Below are positions 61,794 to 64,000 of a DNA stretch of 64,000 nt, piece by piece. The stretch spans positions 186,001-250,000 of IMG/VR virus record IMGVR_UViG_3300044957_000763. One strand, given 5' to 3'. The notes beneath the pieces were generated by a model. The model was given only the letters and a program-made list of their open reading frames with translations, did not search any database and was not told where the DNA came from. The translations under genes and the position numbers were made by a program. Numbering within the stretch: position 1 is the first letter of the stretch; each line of letters begins with the position of its first letter.

Positions 61794-62054
61794 CTATGCC
61801 GGCTTACATTTCTTCCACCAACCCTTGGGTTTATGAGGCGGTATGACATGTCTGGCACAACAGCCGTCATGACAGCTCAATACAGACGAAGCCACCCTGG
61901 CACCGCACAGTTCACATTTTAGCTTAATGCGCTTTATTCCGCGCACGGCATGTCGATTGCTCCAGGTATCTTCCTGCCGCAGTGCCTTTAGTTGTTTGTC
62001 GGTAAGCTCAATCAGGACTGAATCAGCTTTCCCCGGACACAGTTTTTGATTCAT
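61794..62054 (-). CDS. Hypothetical zinc-binding protein
   Basis: CELCG...CHDGCC...PPHKPKGWW. Confidence 0.65.
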   Translation of the reverse strand: MNQKLCPGKADSVLIELTDKQLKALRQEDTWSNRHAVRGIKRIKLKCELCGARVASSVLSCHDGCCARHVIPPHKPKGWWKKCKPA

Positions 62055-62274
62055 GTAGCACGCTCAATATGTCTTCAATATAGTCTTCTTTGGTTTGATT
62101 GGGCTCGAGAATAATCACGTCATCTGCATTGTCACTTCCTATGTATTCGGTGATTCTTGCTCTAATCCAATGACTGCTTTCGCCCATCTCTTTGTACGCA
62201 ATTGCTAAAGCTCGCCATTTCTTCATTAAACGTTTGCGCCGAATTTCTTGAAAGAATTTTATGATATTGCTCAT
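62023..62274 (-). CDS. Hypothetical protein
   Basis: 83-aa ORF. Confidence 0.55.
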   Translation of the reverse strand: MSNIIKFFQEIRRKRLMKKWRALAIAYKEMGESSHWIRARITEYIGSDNADDVIILEPNQTKEDYIEDILSVLHESKTVSGES

Positions 62275-62750
62275 TCATCGCCCCACTGAGGTGTTATCAA
62301 CAATTCTTGTTTGTCGAGCACACTCGCAAGTCTTTGCGCCGCCGGCCATGTGCACGGGAACGCCAGTTCGTTGATTGGCATTGTGTCAACTGTGAACCAA
62401 TTCCATTCATAGAACTTATCAGGTTCTGCGTTGTACAAATCAAACCCAGGTATACGACTGGCTAGTGTATATACAGTCAGGTGATATGAGTCAAACTCTT
62501 CTTTGTAATATGAGTGCGAACATAATTGACCAAGATATTTCACCACTAAACCACATTCCTCTTCGGTTTCGCGTTCTGTTGCGACACAAAAGTTCTCGCC
62601 CCACTCGAGTCCGCCGCCAGGAAGACACCACAATCCGTCATCGTGCTTGCCAGTTTTGCGCCGACCCATTGGAAACCTTTTTTGTTCGTCTGGTACGAAC
62701 ACGGCTACGCCTGGTCTGAATTTAAGTTTTCTTTCTATTTCTTTTGACAT
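62271..62750 (-). CDS. Nudix hydrolase
   Basis: Nudix box PGGGLEWGENFCVATERETEEECG; NAEPDK. Confidence 0.9.
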   Translation of the reverse strand: MSKEIERKLKFRPGVAVFVPDEQKRFPMGRRKTGKHDDGLWCLPGGGLEWGENFCVATERETEEECGLVVKYLGQLCSHSYYKEEFDSYHLTVYTLASRIPGFDLYNAEPDKFYEWNWFTVDTMPINELAFPCTWPAAQRLASVLDKQELLITPQWGDE

Positions 62751-63098
62751 TTATCTCACCCAATGGATTGTTGCAGTATTTCCGTTCACCTGTAATCCAA
62801 GCCCATAAACATTTGGCTTGCTAACGGCAATATCTCTTGCTTCGTTGAATTTCTTGTTGACGCGCTCACCCGTGAGTCCCCATTTCTGTTCCCAGATTTC
62901 TGCCTCTTGGTCATTGGCAAATACCGCGATAACATTGACCTCCATTGGGTCTGGACCCGCTGTTGTGGTGTTAACCGCAGCATATTTGCCAGCCCCAAGT
63001 GAAATCATGATGACCGCATCAGGAAAATCACCTGGGGTGTCAGTCATATCGCTGTCTTGCGAGTCAATCAGCTTATCAATGTCGATTACTGAACTCAT
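62751..63098 (-). CDS. Hypothetical protein
   Basis: 115-aa ORF. Confidence 0.65.
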   Translation of the reverse strand: MSSVIDIDKLIDSQDSDMTDTPGDFPDAVIMISLGAGKYAAVNTTTAGPDPMEVNVIAVFANDQEAEIWEQKWGLTGERVNKKFNEARDIAVSKPNVYGLGLQVNGNTATIHWVR

Positions 63099-63100
63099 GA

Positions 63101-63742
63101 CTATATTTTACCCCAAATAGCAATATGGTCTTGTTCTGGCGCGATGGCTCTTGAAACAATCCACGGATGGTATGCCTTATTATGCGGCAAATCCCACACG
63201 GGCTTCTCCCAGTGAGTTGTATCATTGCCAATATGAACGTAATTGTCGACCATGGCAATGATTTCTCTCTCATCAGGGCCGAACATGTTGCCAGTCGACA
63301 TACCCGGCTCCCACTTATGCGTGAGCCAGGATGCCACAACCACCTGCGGCTTGTATTTTGCCACAGCATCCACTGCATCAATGATGTCTACCACCGCAGG
63401 CGGACACGTACACGCCTGGCCCATCGCCTGATATTGTGCAATGATTTCCGGCCGCATCTGCATACCAGAATCCGTCATTGGAATACCAAGTGCATTGCCA
63501 AGATGACCATTACCAGCACCAACCTCGATTACGTTGCGACCAGCGATGAAATCGGTTAGGTATTCTACCAGCTCCTGCGTAGGGTACAAGTAGACGGCGT
63601 TCTGGCCACACCATAGCCTAAAGCTATCGCGATTGATGGCGTTGACTTCATCCGCTGGCAACACGCGACAGAAACCATTGCTGTCTAGCAATATGGAGTC
63701 AAGGTGTGTAACATCGTGTCTTTCAATGAAACTTACGTTCAT
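63101..63742 (-). CDS. SAM-dependent methyltransferase-like protein
   Basis: VIEVGAGNGHLG; VVVASW. Confidence 0.65.
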   Translation of the reverse strand: MNVSFIERHDVTHLDSILLDSNGFCRVLPADEVNAINRDSFRLWCGQNAVYLYPTQELVEYLTDFIAGRNVIEVGAGNGHLGNALGIPMTDSGMQMRPEIIAQYQAMGQACTCPPAVVDIIDAVDAVAKYKPQVVVASWLTHKWEPGMSTGNMFGPDEREIIAMVDNYVHIGNDTTHWEKPVWDLPHNKAYHPWIVSRAIAPEQDHIAIWGKI

Positions 63743-63772
63743 TCAATCAGTATACCACGATATCACATTGGA

Positions 63773-63955
63773 TTACAACTCCGGTTCGTCAACCGGAGGT
63801 TTGGTGATAATTTTGGCGAACTCAAATAGCTCGTAGATTCGCCTTCTCCTATCAGCGCCCATGGTGTTGAGTGTAATAAAAACCGTAATGGTCATTTTAC
63901 CGGTTTGTTCATACTCGAGCAACTCGGACACTATTTCATTGTCGTCCATGGGCAT
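63773..63955 (-). CDS. Hypothetical protein
   Basis: 60-aa ORF after TATACT. Confidence 0.55.
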   Translation of the reverse strand: MPMDDNEIVSELLEYEQTGKMTITVFITLNTMGADRRRRIYELFEFAKIITKPPVDEPEL

Positions 63956-64000
63956 GATATAGTATACGGATTTTGCGCGTGTGTTACATGCATGTGCTAT

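Noticed and set aside
1-64000. Stop-codon reassignment (prompted by the UCA anticodon)
   Set aside because: Long ORFs are intact in code 11 and end in TAA, TAG and TGA at sensible positions.
1-64000. CRISPR array, rRNA, integrase or transposase
   Set aside because: No regularly spaced direct repeats or such genes seen; the repeated GGTTCGA-like strings are tRNA T arms.

Overview
64-kb segment of a large (jumbo-type) bacteriophage genome. There is no rRNA or core bacterial housekeeping operon; genes are short and dense, and many follow a TATAAT-like box 5-7 nt upstream of the ATG. Two host-like genes suggest an Armatimonadota-type host (inference). Left to right: (1) 1-8.8 kb glycosylation cluster with three GT17 domains, a nucleotidyltransferase, HAD phosphatases, a methyltransferase and an inserted HNH endonuclease; (2) 8.9-19 kb accessory genes (PspA, VWA, ParB-like, HNHs, 2H phosphoesterase, ART-like protein, IMPDH/GMPR); (3) 19.1-31.6 kb minus-strand array of about 35 tRNA genes for only eight amino acids (Thr, Ile, Gly, Leu, Arg, Asp, Ser, Cys), with many non-canonical tRNA architectures and a 218-nt RNase P RNA-like gene that lacks the specificity domain; (4) directly upstream of the array, a promoter, a 46-codon leader ORF whose codons 5-32 use only those eight amino acids (all six Leu codons once each), an antiterminator/terminator pair and a boxB/boxA-like element, read here as a codon-sampling attenuator; (5) 32-46 kb Hsp20, MazG, virion-like proteins, a large GT2, a cobalamin riboswitch controlling a DUF6580-like/prepilin fusion, and PncB; (6) 46.8-47.8 kb a ~1-kb highly structured ncRNA (GOLLD-like) with an embedded UCA-anticodon tRNA-like element; (7) 50-58.7 kb two duplicated three-gene tail/depolymerase cassettes; (8) 58.9-64 kb small accessory genes. 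All RNA calls were made by manual base-pairing, not by covariance-model searches, and protein family calls rest on recognised motifs, not database hits.
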